From assembly GCA_965261085.1 (NCBI GenBank), contig OZ253442.1, positions 896,001 through 960,000 of the forward strand: a stretch of 64,000 nt of DNA, read 5' to 3'. Position 1 is the first letter of the stretch, and every line of letters starts with the position of its first letter. Below are positions 1 through 10,758 of the stretch, piece after piece. Origin of the DNA: a bacterium. Lineage in GTDB: Bacteria > UBA8248. Under the pieces are notes generated by a model. That model was not told the origin of the DNA. It ran no database searches and saw nothing but the letters and a program-made list of their open reading frames with translations. The position numbers and the translations under genes are program-made.

Positions 1-2
1 TC

Positions 3-1565
3 GCCGATGAAATCGGCCGCGCGCTCGGCGTACAGGTGACGGTCATATCCGCCTCGGGGCGGCTGCTTGCGGATTCGGGCCTCGCGCCCGGCGCATCCGA
101 GAGAGAAGAAAGCCGCGCCGACCGGCCCGAAGTCATCGCGGCGAGAAAAAAGGGAATGGGCTCGAGCGTCCGGCGCAGCCCGAGGGGCGGCGGAGATTTG
201 CTCTACCTGGCTCTTCCGATAGACGCGGGTCCGGTTTCCGGCGGGGTGATCCGGCTGGCCATGAGCCTTCGGGAAATAGAGGAGACGATAGGCAAGATGC
301 GGGGCCTTCTCCTCCTGGCCGGCGCTTTTGCGTTTTTGCTCGCCGTGGCGGTCAGCTTCGGGGCGGGGGTGATCGTACGCCGGGGGTTTGACGAGGTCTA
401 CAATGCCGTGGAGAAGATTTCCCGAGGCGACTTCAGTTACCGCATCGCTTCCAGGCGAAGGGACGAGTTGGGCGAACTCGCCCGGACGATGGACAGGCTC
501 GCCTCGGAGGTGGAGGCCCATCTCGATGAGCTGCGTAACGAGCGCGACCGTCTGGAGGCGATTCTTGAAGGAATGAACGAGGGCGTCATGGTCACGAACG
601 CCTCGGGAGATATCCTTCTCGTGAATTCCGCGTTCAGGGATTTCTTCCCTTCGCTTCCTGAGTTCGAGGACGGTACGCCGATTCCCCTGGAGGCCGTGCG
701 TTCCACCGAGGTGCAAGAAGCGGTGCGGGGTATGCTCTCTCGCTCCGCTTCCCGGATGGAGCGTGAGGTCGAAGTTCTGCCCGCCCGCACGCTGACCCTG
801 CACGCCAAGCGGGAGAGGGCGGAAAAGGAATCGAACCTCGTTCTGGTGTTTCACGACATCACCGAGGTCAAACGGCTCGCGGGAATTCGGCGGGAGTTCA
901 CCGCCAACGTCTCCCACGAGTTGCGCACGCCCCTGACGGCGATACAGTGGGCGTCCCAGACGCTGGAAGTGACGGCGCACTCAGACCCCGAGGCGACGCG
1001 ACGGTTCGCCTCGACCATCAATCGGCACGCCCGGCGTCTCTCGGCCTTGGTCGAGGACCTGCTGGAGTTGGGCAGGATAGAATCGAAGGAAGAACACGTC
1101 CGGCCCGAGGAGGTTTCCATACGGAGCGCGATGGACTCGGTTGCGCATACCCTGGCGCCCGTCGTCGAGAAAAAGGGCGTTCACCTGGATATGGAAGTTC
1201 CCGAGGAGGCCGACCACGTCTGGGCGGACCCGGCGGCCCTGGAGAGGATTCTGATCAATCTGGCCGAAAACGGGGTCAACTACAGTTCCGAGGGGAGCCG
1301 AATCAGCGTTTCGGGAGCGTTGCGCGAAGATGGTTTCATCGAGGTTTCCGTGGCCGATCAGGGAGAGGGGATCCCCCCCGAGCATCTTTCCCGGATATTC
1401 GAGCGGTTCTACCGGGTGGATTCGGCCCGCTCCCGGGAGAACGGGGGCACGGGCTTGGGGCTCTCCATCGTGAAGCATCTCGTCCAGGAAATGGGCGGAG
1501 ACGTATGGGTCGAAAGCGCGCCCGGCCGGGGCTCCACCTTCCGCTTCACCATTCCCACCCCCTGA
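3..1565 (+). CDS. phoR: Phosphate regulon sensor histidine kinase (5'-truncated by window edge)
   Basis: Frame open from base 3; TM-HAMP-PAS-HisKA (NVSHELRTPLT)-HATPase (DQGEGIP, FERFYRVD, GGTGLGL); directly upstream of the pst operon. Confidence 0.9.
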   Translation, partial: ADEIGRALGVQVTVISASGRLLADSGLAPGASEREESRADRPEVIAARKKGMGSSVRRSPRGGGDLLYLALPIDAGPVSGGVIRLAMSLREIEETIGKMRGLLLLAGAFAFLLAVAVSFGAGVIVRRGFDEVYNAVEKISRGDFSYRIASRRRDELGELARTMDRLASEVEAHLDELRNERDRLEAILEGMNEGVMVTNASGDILLVNSAFRDFFPSLPEFEDGTPIPLEAVRSTEVQEAVRGMLSRSASRMEREVEVLPARTLTLHAKRERAEKESNLVLVFHDITEVKRLAGIRREFTANVSHELRTPLTAIQWASQTLEVTAHSDPEATRRFASTINRHARRLSALVEDLLELGRIESKEEHVRPEEVSIRSAMDSVAHTLAPVVEKKGVHLDMEVPEEADHVWADPAALERILINLAENGVNYSSEGSRISVSGALREDGFIEVSVADQGEGIPPEHLSRIFERFYRVDSARSRENGGTGLGLSIVKHLVQEMGGDVWVESAPGRGSTFRFTIPTP

Positions 1566-1909
1566 GAGGGGAAATTCCCTCTTTTTTCTGTATTTTGTTC
1601 GAGCGCGCCTTGCACCTTGTTTTTGGATTTCGGGGGTGAGTCTGAGCATTGTCCCCTTGGGTTCGGAGCCGGTGTCTCGATAAATTCATTTGTCCAAAAA
1701 GTCATCCGATTTTCATCCTTTCGTAACATTTCCAACTCCTTTTTTCTCTATAGTTCACCTCGTTCGGAGAGCAAACGCAGGAAGGAGCGCTTCCGCTCAG
1801 TGTTGCCGACACGCAGCCGCCTAAAAAAGCGATGTTGTTCTCCGGGCGAAGAGGCACGCAGTCCATGGGGAATGGGGGCGCCAGTCTGCCTGAAGGTGGA
1901 AAGCGCCCG

Positions 1910-1953
1910 TGTCACGGTATGTTCACTGTTTTGTCGCACAAATGTAACAAAGT
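1910..1953 (+). promoter_or_regulatory. Pho box array (4 direct repeats, 11-bp period)
   Basis: TGTCAC at 1910, GTTCAC at 1921, TGTCGC at 1932, TGTAAC at 1943; about 50 bp upstream of the pstS start; matches PhoB-type TGTCA repeats. Confidence 0.8.
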
Positions 1954-2001
1954 CTTTTGTTTTTTCCTGTAGTTTCAATCCATCAAAAGGAGGAAGTTAG
2001 A

Positions 2002-3003
2002 ATGAGTAAGTTTTCTAAGATTTGGGGCTTGGCCGTTGCGGCTGCGATTTGCCTCGTTCTCGTAGCGCAGCCCGCCGGTGCGGCCCTGATGGTGGACAAG
2101 AAGTTGCCCACCTACAAGGCCACCAGCGGCGTTTCCGGGAACGTAAAGTCTGTCGGATCGGATACGCTGAACAATCTCATGACGCTTTGGGCCGAGGGCT
2201 TCAGGCGTTCCTACCCGAACGTGAAAATCGAGATCGAGGGCAAAGGCTCCTCCACGGCTCCTCCCGCGCTCATCGCCGGGACTTCGAACTTCGGCCCGAT
2301 GTCGCGCGCCATGAAGTCCAAGGAAATGGATGCTTTCGAGAAGAAATTCGGCTACAAGCCGGGCCGCATCCGCGTCGCCGTGGACGCCCTGGCCCTTTTC
2401 ACGAACAAAGACAACCCCCTCAAGTGCCTGAGCCTCCCGCAGGTGGACGCCATTTTCTCAAAAACCCGCAAGGGCGGCATGAGGTCGGACATCGGCGCGT
2501 GGGGCGAGGTCGGCCTCCAGGGCATGTGGGCGAGCAAGCCGGTTTCCGTGTATGGCCGTAACTCGGCTTCGGGCACGTATGGCTACTTCAAGATAGTGGC
2601 CCTCTACAAGGGCGACTACAAAGACTCCGTGAAAGAGCAGCCCGGCTCCTCGGCGGTCGTGCAGGGCGTGGCTTCCGATAAGTTCGCCATCGGCTACTCG
2701 GGCATCGGATACAAGACGGCGGATGTCATCGCGCTCCTGATTTCCAAAAAGACCGGCGACAAATGCTATGGGCCCGAAGCCGCGAACGCCTATTCGGGCA
2801 ACTACCCGATCGCGCGTTTCTTCTACATCTACGTCAACAAGAACCCGAACCAGCCGCTCGATCCCCTGAGAGCGCAGTTCATCAAGTACATTTTCTCGCA
2901 AGCCGGTCAGCAGGCCGTCATCAAAGCCGGGTTTTTCCCGGTGAACGCGGCCATCGCCAAGCTGGACCTGGGCGCTCTCGGCCTCGGGATGGGAAGCAAC
3001 TAG
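2002..3003 (+). CDS. pstS: Phosphate ABC transporter substrate-binding protein
   Basis: AGGAGG RBS; signal peptide; VGSDTL, EGKGSST, GRNSASGTY, IGYSGIG motifs. Confidence 0.95.
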   Translation: MSKFSKIWGLAVAAAICLVLVAQPAGAALMVDKKLPTYKATSGVSGNVKSVGSDTLNNLMTLWAEGFRRSYPNVKIEIEGKGSSTAPPALIAGTSNFGPMSRAMKSKEMDAFEKKFGYKPGRIRVAVDALALFTNKDNPLKCLSLPQVDAIFSKTRKGGMRSDIGAWGEVGLQGMWASKPVSVYGRNSASGTYGYFKIVALYKGDYKDSVKEQPGSSAVVQGVASDKFAIGYSGIGYKTADVIALLISKKTGDKCYGPEAANAYSGNYPIARFFYIYVNKNPNQPLDPLRAQFIKYIFSQAGQQAVIKAGFFPVNAAIAKLDLGALGLGMGSN

Positions 3004-3020
3004 TTTTTCCAACGCAGCGC

Positions 3021-3069
3021 AGCGGCGAGGACGACGGAGCGGATTCGTCGTCCCCCCGCTTTCATTTTT
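3021..3069 (+). terminator. Intercistronic stem-loop after pstS
   Basis: GGACGACG...CGTCGTCC stem followed by TTTCATTTTT. Confidence 0.55.
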
Positions 3070-3082
3070 GAAAAAGAGAGAT

Positions 3083-5716
3083 ATGGGCAACGAACGAGTT
3101 CCAGACGCAGGCGGTAATGGGCGGAGGAAGCCGGGGCAAACGCGCGACCTGAGCGCGAGGCAATCCGTCCGGATAATCGACAAGATCGTCACAAAGGTGA
3201 TTACCATCGGCGGGCTGTTCGTGATTCTGGCCGTTCTCGGAATCATGGCGTTTCTCGTTGCGGTGGCCCTGCCGCTGTTTGCCGGAGAAACGATAACAGG
3301 CTCGGGCGTCTTCCGGGTCGCCGCGCCCCAAAGCCCTCTCCTCAGCGTCGAGGTGGATGATTACAACACCATAGCCGTTCTGGTGTCGGATGACGGCGTT
3401 TTGACTCCCATCCACGCATTGACCGGAAAACCGCTCAAGCAGCGGAAACTCGATTTCGGGGGTACGCGGGCGACCGCTTTTGCGCGAACGCTCAAGGGCG
3501 GAAACATCGCATTCGGCTTCCCCGATGGAACGGTGCGGTTCGGCAAAATCAGTTTCCGCACACAGGTGTTGCCCGCTGAAAAGACTCCGGGGGGACTCAC
3601 GAAGATCAACGAGCGTGATGTCACCGACGGGAAGGTCGTTTTTTCGAAAATTCCAGGTGAGCAGGTTCGGAAAATCTGGCTGGAAGCGGAGGTCAAGGAA
3701 CCGCAACAGGTCGCGCCGAAAGGGACGGCAATCGTCAAGCTCGATTACAAGGTGGGGGGAACGCCCGAACGCCCGAGCATCTCCTTCGCCTCGGTGGACG
3801 CCGAGGGCGTGGCGCGCCTGAGCCTGACGGAGACGAGGGTCAATCTTCTGACGGGACAGACCACTTCGTCCGTGGAGAGCGTGGTGCTGCCTGATTTGCC
3901 TCGGGGAACGCGCGTCGTGGGCATACTCCTCACGGAAAAAGCCGACAAGGTGTATATCGGCGTCGAAAAAGGGTTCCTTCTGCGCTACGACGCAAGAGAC
4001 TTCAACGCCGTATCCCTCGTGGAAAAGCGCGACCTGCTTTCCATGGATGAAAAGTTAACAATCTTCAAGGCCCTTATCGGCGAGGAATCCATCGTCGTGG
4101 GAGGTTCCAATGGGTCTTTGAGCATCTTTTTCCATGCGCGCACTCCGGGCGCCGCCACGAAGGACGGATTGGTGATGGTGCGCGGGCACGAACTGGAGAG
4201 ACACGCCGCGAGAGTTACGGGTTTTTCCACCTCCCAGCGGAGCCGGATGTTCGCCACGATGGATTCAGGCGGAGACATTTGGCTTCGTCATGCTACGAGT
4301 GAATCGACGCTGTTGCGCTTCAAGGTGAAGGGAATGACGGGTCCCAGGCGCTTCGTCCGCCTTTCTCCCCGCGATGACGCGATCGTCGCCGTGGATGAGA
4401 AGGGCGTGGTGAATTTCTGGAAATTCTCGGCCGAACACCCCGAGACGACCTTTCAGACCCTGTTCGGGAAGGTTTGGTACGAAGGTTATCCCAAGCCCGG
4501 GTATACGTGGCAATCCTCCTCTGGAGACGACGCATTCGAGGAGAAGATATCCCTCATCCCGCTGATATTCGGAACCATCAAGGGAACGGTCTACTCCCTG
4601 ATTTTCGCGATACCCATCGCGGTGCTGGGCGCTATTTTCACCTCCGAGTTCATTGGCCCGGAAGTCCGCTCCGTCGTGAAGCCCGCAATGGAGATGATGG
4701 CCTCGCTACCCTCGGTGGTTCTAGGCTTCGTGGCCGCTCTGATTCTGGCGCCCATCGTGGAAACATGGATCGCCGCGATCCTTCTCTCGTTCATGCTGAT
4801 ACCGCTTCTCCTGTTGTTATCGGCCTACTTATGGCAAGTGATGCCGCCGCGCATCTCCCTCCCCTTGTCGGGATTTCCGAAAATCAGTCTGATTTTCTTC
4901 GTGATCATCCTGGGTTCGTTGCTTGGTTATCTTATCGGGCCGGGGTTCGAGAGGTTTTTCTTCGGCGGCGACTTCAAGGCCTGGGCGAACGGAAACATCG
5001 GAATAGCGACGCCGATGCTGTTCATCATTTTCTTTCCCGTGTCTTTTCTGGTCGTTGCTTTCGGGGCCGAGCGGCTTTTCGGGTATGAATGGAAACAAAG
5101 GCTCAGGCGGATGCCCCATTCGCGGGGCGCGCTCTTCGAGCTTCTTCGCTGGGCCGGAATGCTGGTCGTCGCCGGACTGCTGAGTTGGGTGACGGCCGTG
5201 GTGCTCACGGCGCTCGGCCTGGATGCGCGTGGCGGGGTCATCGACACCTACGTGCAGCGAAACTCTCTTGTGGTGGGCTTTGCGATGGGCTTCGCCGTCA
5301 TTCCGCTCATCTACACCATCGCCGAGGACGCGCTCAACTCCGTACCGAGCCACCTCAGGGCGGCGAGCCTCGCTTGCGGCGCAACGCCTTGGCAGACGGC
5401 CCTTTGGGTCATCCTGCCCACAGCGGCCAGCGGAATTTTCGCCGCCGTGATGATCGGAATGGGCCGCGCGGTGGGTGAAACGATGATCGTCGTCATGGCG
5501 GCGGGGAATACCCCGGTTCTGGATTGGAACATTTTCTCAGGCCTCAGAGCGCTTTCGGCGAACATCGCGGTGGAGCTTCCAGAAGCCGTGAAGGACGGGA
5601 CGCTCTACCGGGTGCTGTTCCTGGCGGCCCTCGTCCTCTTCGGGATGACGTTCATCGTCAATACGGTGGCGGAGGTGGTTCGCCTGCGTTTCCGCAAGCG
5701 CGCCTCGCAGTTGTGA
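3083..5716 (+). CDS. pstC: Phosphate ABC permease PstC, long form with large extracytoplasmic beta-rich insertion
   Basis: C-terminal PLIFGTIKG, EMMASLPSVVLG, GRAVGETMIVVMAAGN motifs; operon position. Confidence 0.9.
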   Translation: MGNERVPDAGGNGRRKPGQTRDLSARQSVRIIDKIVTKVITIGGLFVILAVLGIMAFLVAVALPLFAGETITGSGVFRVAAPQSPLLSVEVDDYNTIAVLVSDDGVLTPIHALTGKPLKQRKLDFGGTRATAFARTLKGGNIAFGFPDGTVRFGKISFRTQVLPAEKTPGGLTKINERDVTDGKVVFSKIPGEQVRKIWLEAEVKEPQQVAPKGTAIVKLDYKVGGTPERPSISFASVDAEGVARLSLTETRVNLLTGQTTSSVESVVLPDLPRGTRVVGILLTEKADKVYIGVEKGFLLRYDARDFNAVSLVEKRDLLSMDEKLTIFKALIGEESIVVGGSNGSLSIFFHARTPGAATKDGLVMVRGHELERHAARVTGFSTSQRSRMFATMDSGGDIWLRHATSESTLLRFKVKGMTGPRRFVRLSPRDDAIVAVDEKGVVNFWKFSAEHPETTFQTLFGKVWYEGYPKPGYTWQSSSGDDAFEEKISLIPLIFGTIKGTVYSLIFAIPIAVLGAIFTSEFIGPEVRSVVKPAMEMMASLPSVVLGFVAALILAPIVETWIAAILLSFMLIPLLLLLSAYLWQVMPPRISLPLSGFPKISLIFFVIILGSLLGYLIGPGFERFFFGGDFKAWANGNIGIATPMLFIIFFPVSFLVVAFGAERLFGYEWKQRLRRMPHSRGALFELLRWAGMLVVAGLLSWVTAVVLTALGLDARGGVIDTYVQRNSLVVGFAMGFAVIPLIYTIAEDALNSVPSHLRAASLACGATPWQTALWVILPTAASGIFAAVMIGMGRAVGETMIVVMAAGNTPVLDWNIFSGLRALSANIAVELPEAVKDGTLYRVLFLAALVLFGMTFIVNTVAEVVRLRFRKRASQL

Positions 5717-5723
5717 GGATAGG

Positions 5724-7550
5724 ATGAAGGCGAAGGATCCGAAAGAACGTAAAGAAAAGCAAAAGACGCAGATACCGGTTCCGGGAGATGACTCGGGCAA
5801 CGACAAAGACCCAACTCCCGAAGTGGCGCAGACCGCCGAAGCGGGGGGAAGCCCGCCTGGCAGGACGGGTATTCGCGCATCGCTCGACTTCAAGGCCAGA
5901 GGCGAGCCTTTCGTCTGGATCATGGGCGGTGCGCTCGCTCTCGGCGTATTGATGATCGTCGGCTTTCTCGCACTCGTTTTATGGAACGGCATCGTGACGT
6001 TCTACCCCGGTCCGGTGGAAGTGGTAACGCTCAAGAATGGTCAGCGCATGGCCGGCGAGCCGTTTCGCTCGGAGAGCTTCCGCCCCTCCGCCGAGCAGTT
6101 GAAAGGGGTCGATGCGGAATCCCGGCGCGCCATCCGGGAGGCGGACGGGCTTGCGAGCCGCACGCTCTACCGGATCGGAAATTTCGACATCTACAACGAG
6201 GATTTCAAGTGGGCGGTGGCGCATCAGGTCGCCAAGACCGAGACTCCGCCCGGCATATTCTTCATCGAACGCAGGGAGTGGGGCCCGTTCATCGGCTTCA
6301 TCAAGACCTTGATTCTCGATGGCCGCCGGATTCCGAGCGAAAAGGTGTCCCTGGATGAGTTGTATGCGGCCCACGACGGGGCGGTCGACCGCAGGAACGA
6401 AATTCGCTCCACCGAGGTGGACGAGATAGGCGCCATCAATTACTACATCGAAGAGGATCGGCTCGCCTTGCGGCGCACCTCGCTGGACTACGGGAAGAAG
6501 AGCGAGGAGTATCGCGCCGAAAAAGAGAAGTACGAGCGCCGGACGAAGGAGAGGCGGGCCGGATTCGCGGTGCTCAAGAAAAGAATCGCCGCGATTAACA
6601 AAGAGGATGAGAAATACAAGATCGTCCTCAGGGAGATCGGCGGCCGCGAGAAAAACCTGCGGCTCTCGGAAATTGTCCGCATCTACCCGGCGAATAATCT
6701 CTCGATCTTCGGGAAGATGGGCGTCTATTTCTCCAGGTGGGGAGAGTTTTTGACCGACGATCCGCGCGAGGCGAATACCGAGGGCGGCGTCTTGCCGGCG
6801 ATATTCGGCACCGTCATGATGACGCTGCTCATGGTCGTCTTCGTCGCTCCGTTCGGCGTGGTCACGGCCCTTTACCTGCGTGAATACGCCAAACAGGGCG
6901 CCCTGGTCTCCATCGTGCGCATCTGCGTGAACAACCTCGCGGGCGTTCCCTCCATCGTCTACGGCGTGTTCGGCCTCGGGTTTTTCGCCTACACCGTCGG
7001 GGTGAGAATCGACCAGTTATTTTATCCCGAAAGGCTCCCCAACCCGACGTTCGGGACGGGCGGTCTTCTGTGGGCGTCCCTGACGCTGGCGCTCCTCACC
7101 GTTCCGGTGGTGATCGTGGCGACAGAGGAGGCGCTCTCCGCCGTTCCCCGCTCCATGCGGGAGGGCTCTCTCGCCTGCGGCGCCTCGAAATGGCAGACCA
7201 TCCGGAACATCGTTATGCCCCAGGCCATGCCGGGCATCATGACCGGCCTCATACTGGCGATGGCGCGCGGCGCGGGCGAAGTGGCGCCCCTCATGCTCGT
7301 AGGGGTGGTGAAGCTCGCGCCCGAGCTTCCCTTCGACACCTTCTTCCCGTTCCTGCACCCCGAGAGGAGCTTCATGCACCTGGGCTTCCATATCTACGAC
7401 GTAGGGTTCCAGTCGCGAAACTCCGAAGCCGGAAAACCGATGGTTTTCGTCACGACGCTTCTTTTAATCGGGATCATCGCCTTCATGAACGCTTTCGCCA
7501 TCATGGTTCGCAACCGCCTTCGGCGGAAGTTCGTGGAAGGTCATTTTTAA
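5724..7550 (+). CDS. pstA: Phosphate ABC permease PstA, long form
   Basis: EANTEGGVLPAIFGT, NLAGVPSIVYG, ARGAGEVAPL motifs. Confidence 0.92.
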   Translation: MKAKDPKERKEKQKTQIPVPGDDSGNDKDPTPEVAQTAEAGGSPPGRTGIRASLDFKARGEPFVWIMGGALALGVLMIVGFLALVLWNGIVTFYPGPVEVVTLKNGQRMAGEPFRSESFRPSAEQLKGVDAESRRAIREADGLASRTLYRIGNFDIYNEDFKWAVAHQVAKTETPPGIFFIERREWGPFIGFIKTLILDGRRIPSEKVSLDELYAAHDGAVDRRNEIRSTEVDEIGAINYYIEEDRLALRRTSLDYGKKSEEYRAEKEKYERRTKERRAGFAVLKKRIAAINKEDEKYKIVLREIGGREKNLRLSEIVRIYPANNLSIFGKMGVYFSRWGEFLTDDPREANTEGGVLPAIFGTVMMTLLMVVFVAPFGVVTALYLREYAKQGALVSIVRICVNNLAGVPSIVYGVFGLGFFAYTVGVRIDQLFYPERLPNPTFGTGGLLWASLTLALLTVPVVIVATEEALSAVPRSMREGSLACGASKWQTIRNIVMPQAMPGIMTGLILAMARGAGEVAPLMLVGVVKLAPELPFDTFFPFLHPERSFMHLGFHIYDVGFQSRNSEAGKPMVFVTTLLLIGIIAFMNAFAIMVRNRLRRKFVEGHF

Positions 7551-7565
7551 TGGAGACGTATTGAA

Positions 7566-8396
7566 ATGGTGTCCAACGCGGTAGTGACCGACCTGCAAGG
7601 CGAGTTCGAAGCGACGGCGTACCATCCCGTCGAGAGCGAACTCGGCACCGTGATCGAAATCGAAAGCTTCAGCCTCTGGTACGGGCAGAAACAGGCTCTG
7701 TTCAATAACACCCTGAAGATACAAAAAGAGCTCGTCACCGCCTTGATTGGCCCTTCTGGTTGCGGAAAATCCACGCTCCTTCGCTCGTTCAACCGCATGA
7801 ATGACCTGATCGACGGCATCCACCGCGACGGGACCATTGCGATTGACGGAAGCGAAATTCACGATCCGCGCGTCGAGGTCATCGAGCTTAGAAAGCGCCT
7901 CGGCATGGTTTTCCAAAAGCCCAACCCGTTTCCGATGTCGATATTCGAAAACGTGGTCTATCCCCTGCGGGTGGACGGGATACGCGACAAGCGCGTGCTG
8001 GAGGAAACCTGCGAGCGCACCCTTCGCGACGCCGCGCTCTGGGACGAGGTGTCCGACCGGCTCCAGGACAACGCGCTCGGCCTCTCCGGGGGGCAGCAGC
8101 AGCGCCTGTGCATCGCCCGGGCGATTGCCTCGGAGCCCGAGATCATTCTGATGGACGAACCCTGTTCGGCGCTCGACCCGATTGCCACGGCCCGGATTGA
8201 GGATCTGATCGCGCAACTCAAGGAACATTTCTCCATCGTCATCGTGACGCACAACATGCAGCAGGCCGCGCGCGTCTCGGACAACACCGCTTTCATGTTC
8301 CTGGGCCGATTGATCGAGTATGGGGAGACGAAGAAGATTTTCATGAATCCCATGCACGTTCGGACATCCGATTACATCACTGGCCGGTTCGGCTAG
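7566..8396 (+). CDS. pstB: Phosphate ABC transporter ATP-binding protein
   Basis: [45 protein letters not shown]. Confidence 0.97.
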   Translation: MVSNAVVTDLQGEFEATAYHPVESELGTVIEIESFSLWYGQKQALFNNTLKIQKELVTALIGPSGCGKSTLLRSFNRMNDLIDGIHRDGTIAIDGSEIHDPRVEVIELRKRLGMVFQKPNPFPMSIFENVVYPLRVDGIRDKRVLEETCERTLRDAALWDEVSDRLQDNALGLSGGQQQRLCIARAIASEPEIILMDEPCSALDPIATARIEDLIAQLKEHFSIVIVTHNMQQAARVSDNTAFMFLGRLIEYGETKKIFMNPMHVRTSDYITGRFG

Positions 8397-8416
8397 GTCG
8401 CTTTAGGAGATTTGGC

Positions 8417-9100
8417 ATGGCACTGACGAGCGGAAGGGCGCACACGAGTTCGGAATTCGAAAGTGAACTCCAGGAACTCCGCCGCCTTATTCTGGAATTG
8501 GGCGCCAAGGTGGAGGCGATGATGGCGAAAAGCATCGAAAGCCTCACCCGGCGGGATTCGGACATCGCCCAGGCTGTCATCGAAAGTGATTCGGAAATCA
8601 ACCAACTCGAAGTCGACGTGAACGAGCTTTGCCTGCAGATGGTGGCGCTCAGGCAGCCGACGTCGGTGGACCTTCGCTTCATCACGACGGGTCTCAAAAT
8701 CGCCTCCGACCTCGAACGGGTGGGCGACTTGGCCGTCAACGTGTGCGAGCGGGCGCTGGAGTTGAACGAGGAGCCTCCGCTCAAGCCCTACATCGAACTG
8801 CCGCGGATGGCGAGCGCTTCGAGCCAGATGCTGCGCGAGAGCCTGGACAGCTTCATCAAGGAAGACGTGGTGCTGGCGCGCAAGGTGATGGCGAGTGACG
8901 ACGAAGTAGACGACATGAACGAGGAACTGTTCCGCGAACTGCTGACCTATATGCTGGACAACCCGCGCAACATCAGCCGGGCGACCCGCCTGACGTTCAT
9001 CTCGAAATACTTCGAGAGAATCGCCGACCATGCGACGAACATCGCAGAGGCCGTCCTCTTCATGGTGGAAGGCCGGAACCCGAGACGCGAACTCGCCTAG
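8417..9100 (+). CDS. phoU: Phosphate signalling protein PhoU
   Basis: QPTSVDLR, DLERVGDLAVN, ERIADHATNIAE repeats. Confidence 0.96.
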   Translation: MALTSGRAHTSSEFESELQELRRLILELGAKVEAMMAKSIESLTRRDSDIAQAVIESDSEINQLEVDVNELCLQMVALRQPTSVDLRFITTGLKIASDLERVGDLAVNVCERALELNEEPPLKPYIELPRMASASSQMLRESLDSFIKEDVVLARKVMASDDEVDDMNEELFRELLTYMLDNPRNISRATRLTFISKYFERIADHATNIAEAVLFMVEGRNPRRELA

Positions 9101-9210
9101 TCCCTTTCATCGCCTTGTAGCCGCCTTCCCTGTATCCACGCGATTTTGAGGGTCGGTCTCAGACCTGTGTTTCCGTGCTTTTTCCGGAAAACCGGCTCAG
9201 AAAGCTCTTC

Positions 9211-10248
9211 TCAATCTGCGATTCCCAGCATGGATTTCAAGCGGTCGTAGTTCGTGGGGCCCATCTCCAGCTCGTTTCGGTTGATCGCGCGCGCGAGTTC
9301 GCTTACGGCGTCGTTGTATGGAGTGGGAATCCCGAGTTCCCTGCCCTTTCGCGAGACGAGGCCGTTGATGAATTCAATTTCGTTTTTGCGGCCCTTGATG
9401 TGATCGTGAATGGGCGCCGTGCGGGCGCGCGGGCCGGTGTGGCCCGTCATGGTCGTGAGGGCGTTCAGCAGCACCTTGTCTTCATTGCCCGCGAAATCAT
9501 CCGCGCTCAACCCGAATACGGGTTCGATGTTGATTCCCGCCGCCGTGCCCACCGCCACGGTCTCCTTGCCGAGTTTTACCGCGATATCGAAGATTCCGGG
9601 AAGTTTCGCGACTTCCCTGTTCAACAGGCCGATGAGCCCCCAGGGGCCCATGCTCATCGAATTGACGACGAGCTTCGTCCATTTCGTGCCCCGGATGTTG
9701 GTGGAGATTTCCACCTTGGCGACGTGGCTCAGGATTTTCTGTATTTCCTTGAGGCGCGGGGTGATGGAGCCGTCCAACTCACCCACGGCGAACCAGGTGC
9801 CTGTGCGCGGCGTATTGCGCTGAACGAAACCGGGGTTGAAGATTTCCCCCGAAAGCTCGATGCAGCAGCCCACCACGCGCTCCCGGCCGAGAATGGAAGT
9901 CGTTATCTCCTCCTCGTTCATGCTGTTCTGGAGTCCTACCAGCACGCCGTCGGTTTTTAGGTGCGGCACCATGAGTTCGGCCATCCAGCGCGTGTCGAAA
10001 GATTTCACCGCCAGCAGGATGAGATCGAATTCAGGCTTGGCCGAAGCCAGCTCGCACAGGTGAAGCGCCTTGACGCGAACCTTCAAGTCGAGGTCCGGCA
10101 TCTGGACGTGGAGGCCGTCTTTTTTCATCGCCTCCACGTGCGCCGGCCACTGATCCACGATGGTGACGTCATAGCCTGCGTCGGTGAGGTCTGCGGCGGC
10201 GCTGCTGCCGATGGCTCCGGTTCCGAATACGGCGATCTTCTCGAACAC
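9211..10248 (-). CDS. Ketopantoate reductase (PanE/ApbA) family protein
   Basis: GTGAIG Rossmann motif, LLAVKSFD, LQN, KWTKLVVN, EIEFING...GIPTPYN. Confidence 0.85.
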   Translation of the reverse strand: MFEKIAVFGTGAIGSSAAADLTDAGYDVTIVDQWPAHVEAMKKDGLHVQMPDLDLKVRVKALHLCELASAKPEFDLILLAVKSFDTRWMAELMVPHLKTDGVLVGLQNSMNEEEITTSILGRERVVGCCIELSGEIFNPGFVQRNTPRTGTWFAVGELDGSITPRLKEIQKILSHVAKVEISTNIRGTKWTKLVVNSMSMGPWGLIGLLNREVAKLPGIFDIAVKLGKETVAVGTAAGINIEPVFGLSADDFAGNEDKVLLNALTTMTGHTGPRARTAPIHDHIKGRKNEIEFINGLVSRKGRELGIPTPYNDAVSELARAINRNELEMGPTNYDRLKSMLGIAD

Positions 10249-10758
10249 TTCTCACTCTCCTTCCGGGTTCTTGTTCAGGCGCGATTCTCGCATATAAACC
10301 ATATGTAGCACGTCTGTCGCCGGTTTCACGACCTCCATGCGGCGGGTTCCCTTCTTTCCACAAAGGCCGCGTGCGGGTGGTTTCGGATAGATTTCCCCGG
10401 CAATTGGTTGACATGTAAGTGGTAATCACCAATTATAAAAATACTCGCAAAAAGAAAATAACCGTGTGGAGGGGGTGGATTTCATCAGCGAAGCACGAGT
10501 GATTTTTGGGTTTTGCAGAGGATGGGGGAGCCTCTCATTTTTTGAACAGGAAATCGGTAAGGGTTTGGTGTATTTACAGGCATCGCGGGTCGCCACATCA
10601 TAAAGTCGCCATCTTCCCATCCCCCCCTCTGAATCGTTTTTCTAAACATCTACGGGCGTATGCCGCCGCATCGCGTGTAGCATAAGGTACACCTGAGAGC
10701 ATGTGGAATCCCAAGTGAGGTACACGTTTAGAGGATACCGTATAGAGGAGGAAAGAAG

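Noticed and set aside
1409-1735. Minus-strand ORF with an RBS-like AGGAG between phoR and pstS
   Set aside because: It overlaps the phoR 3' end and has no recognisable motif; cannot be supported as a gene or remnant
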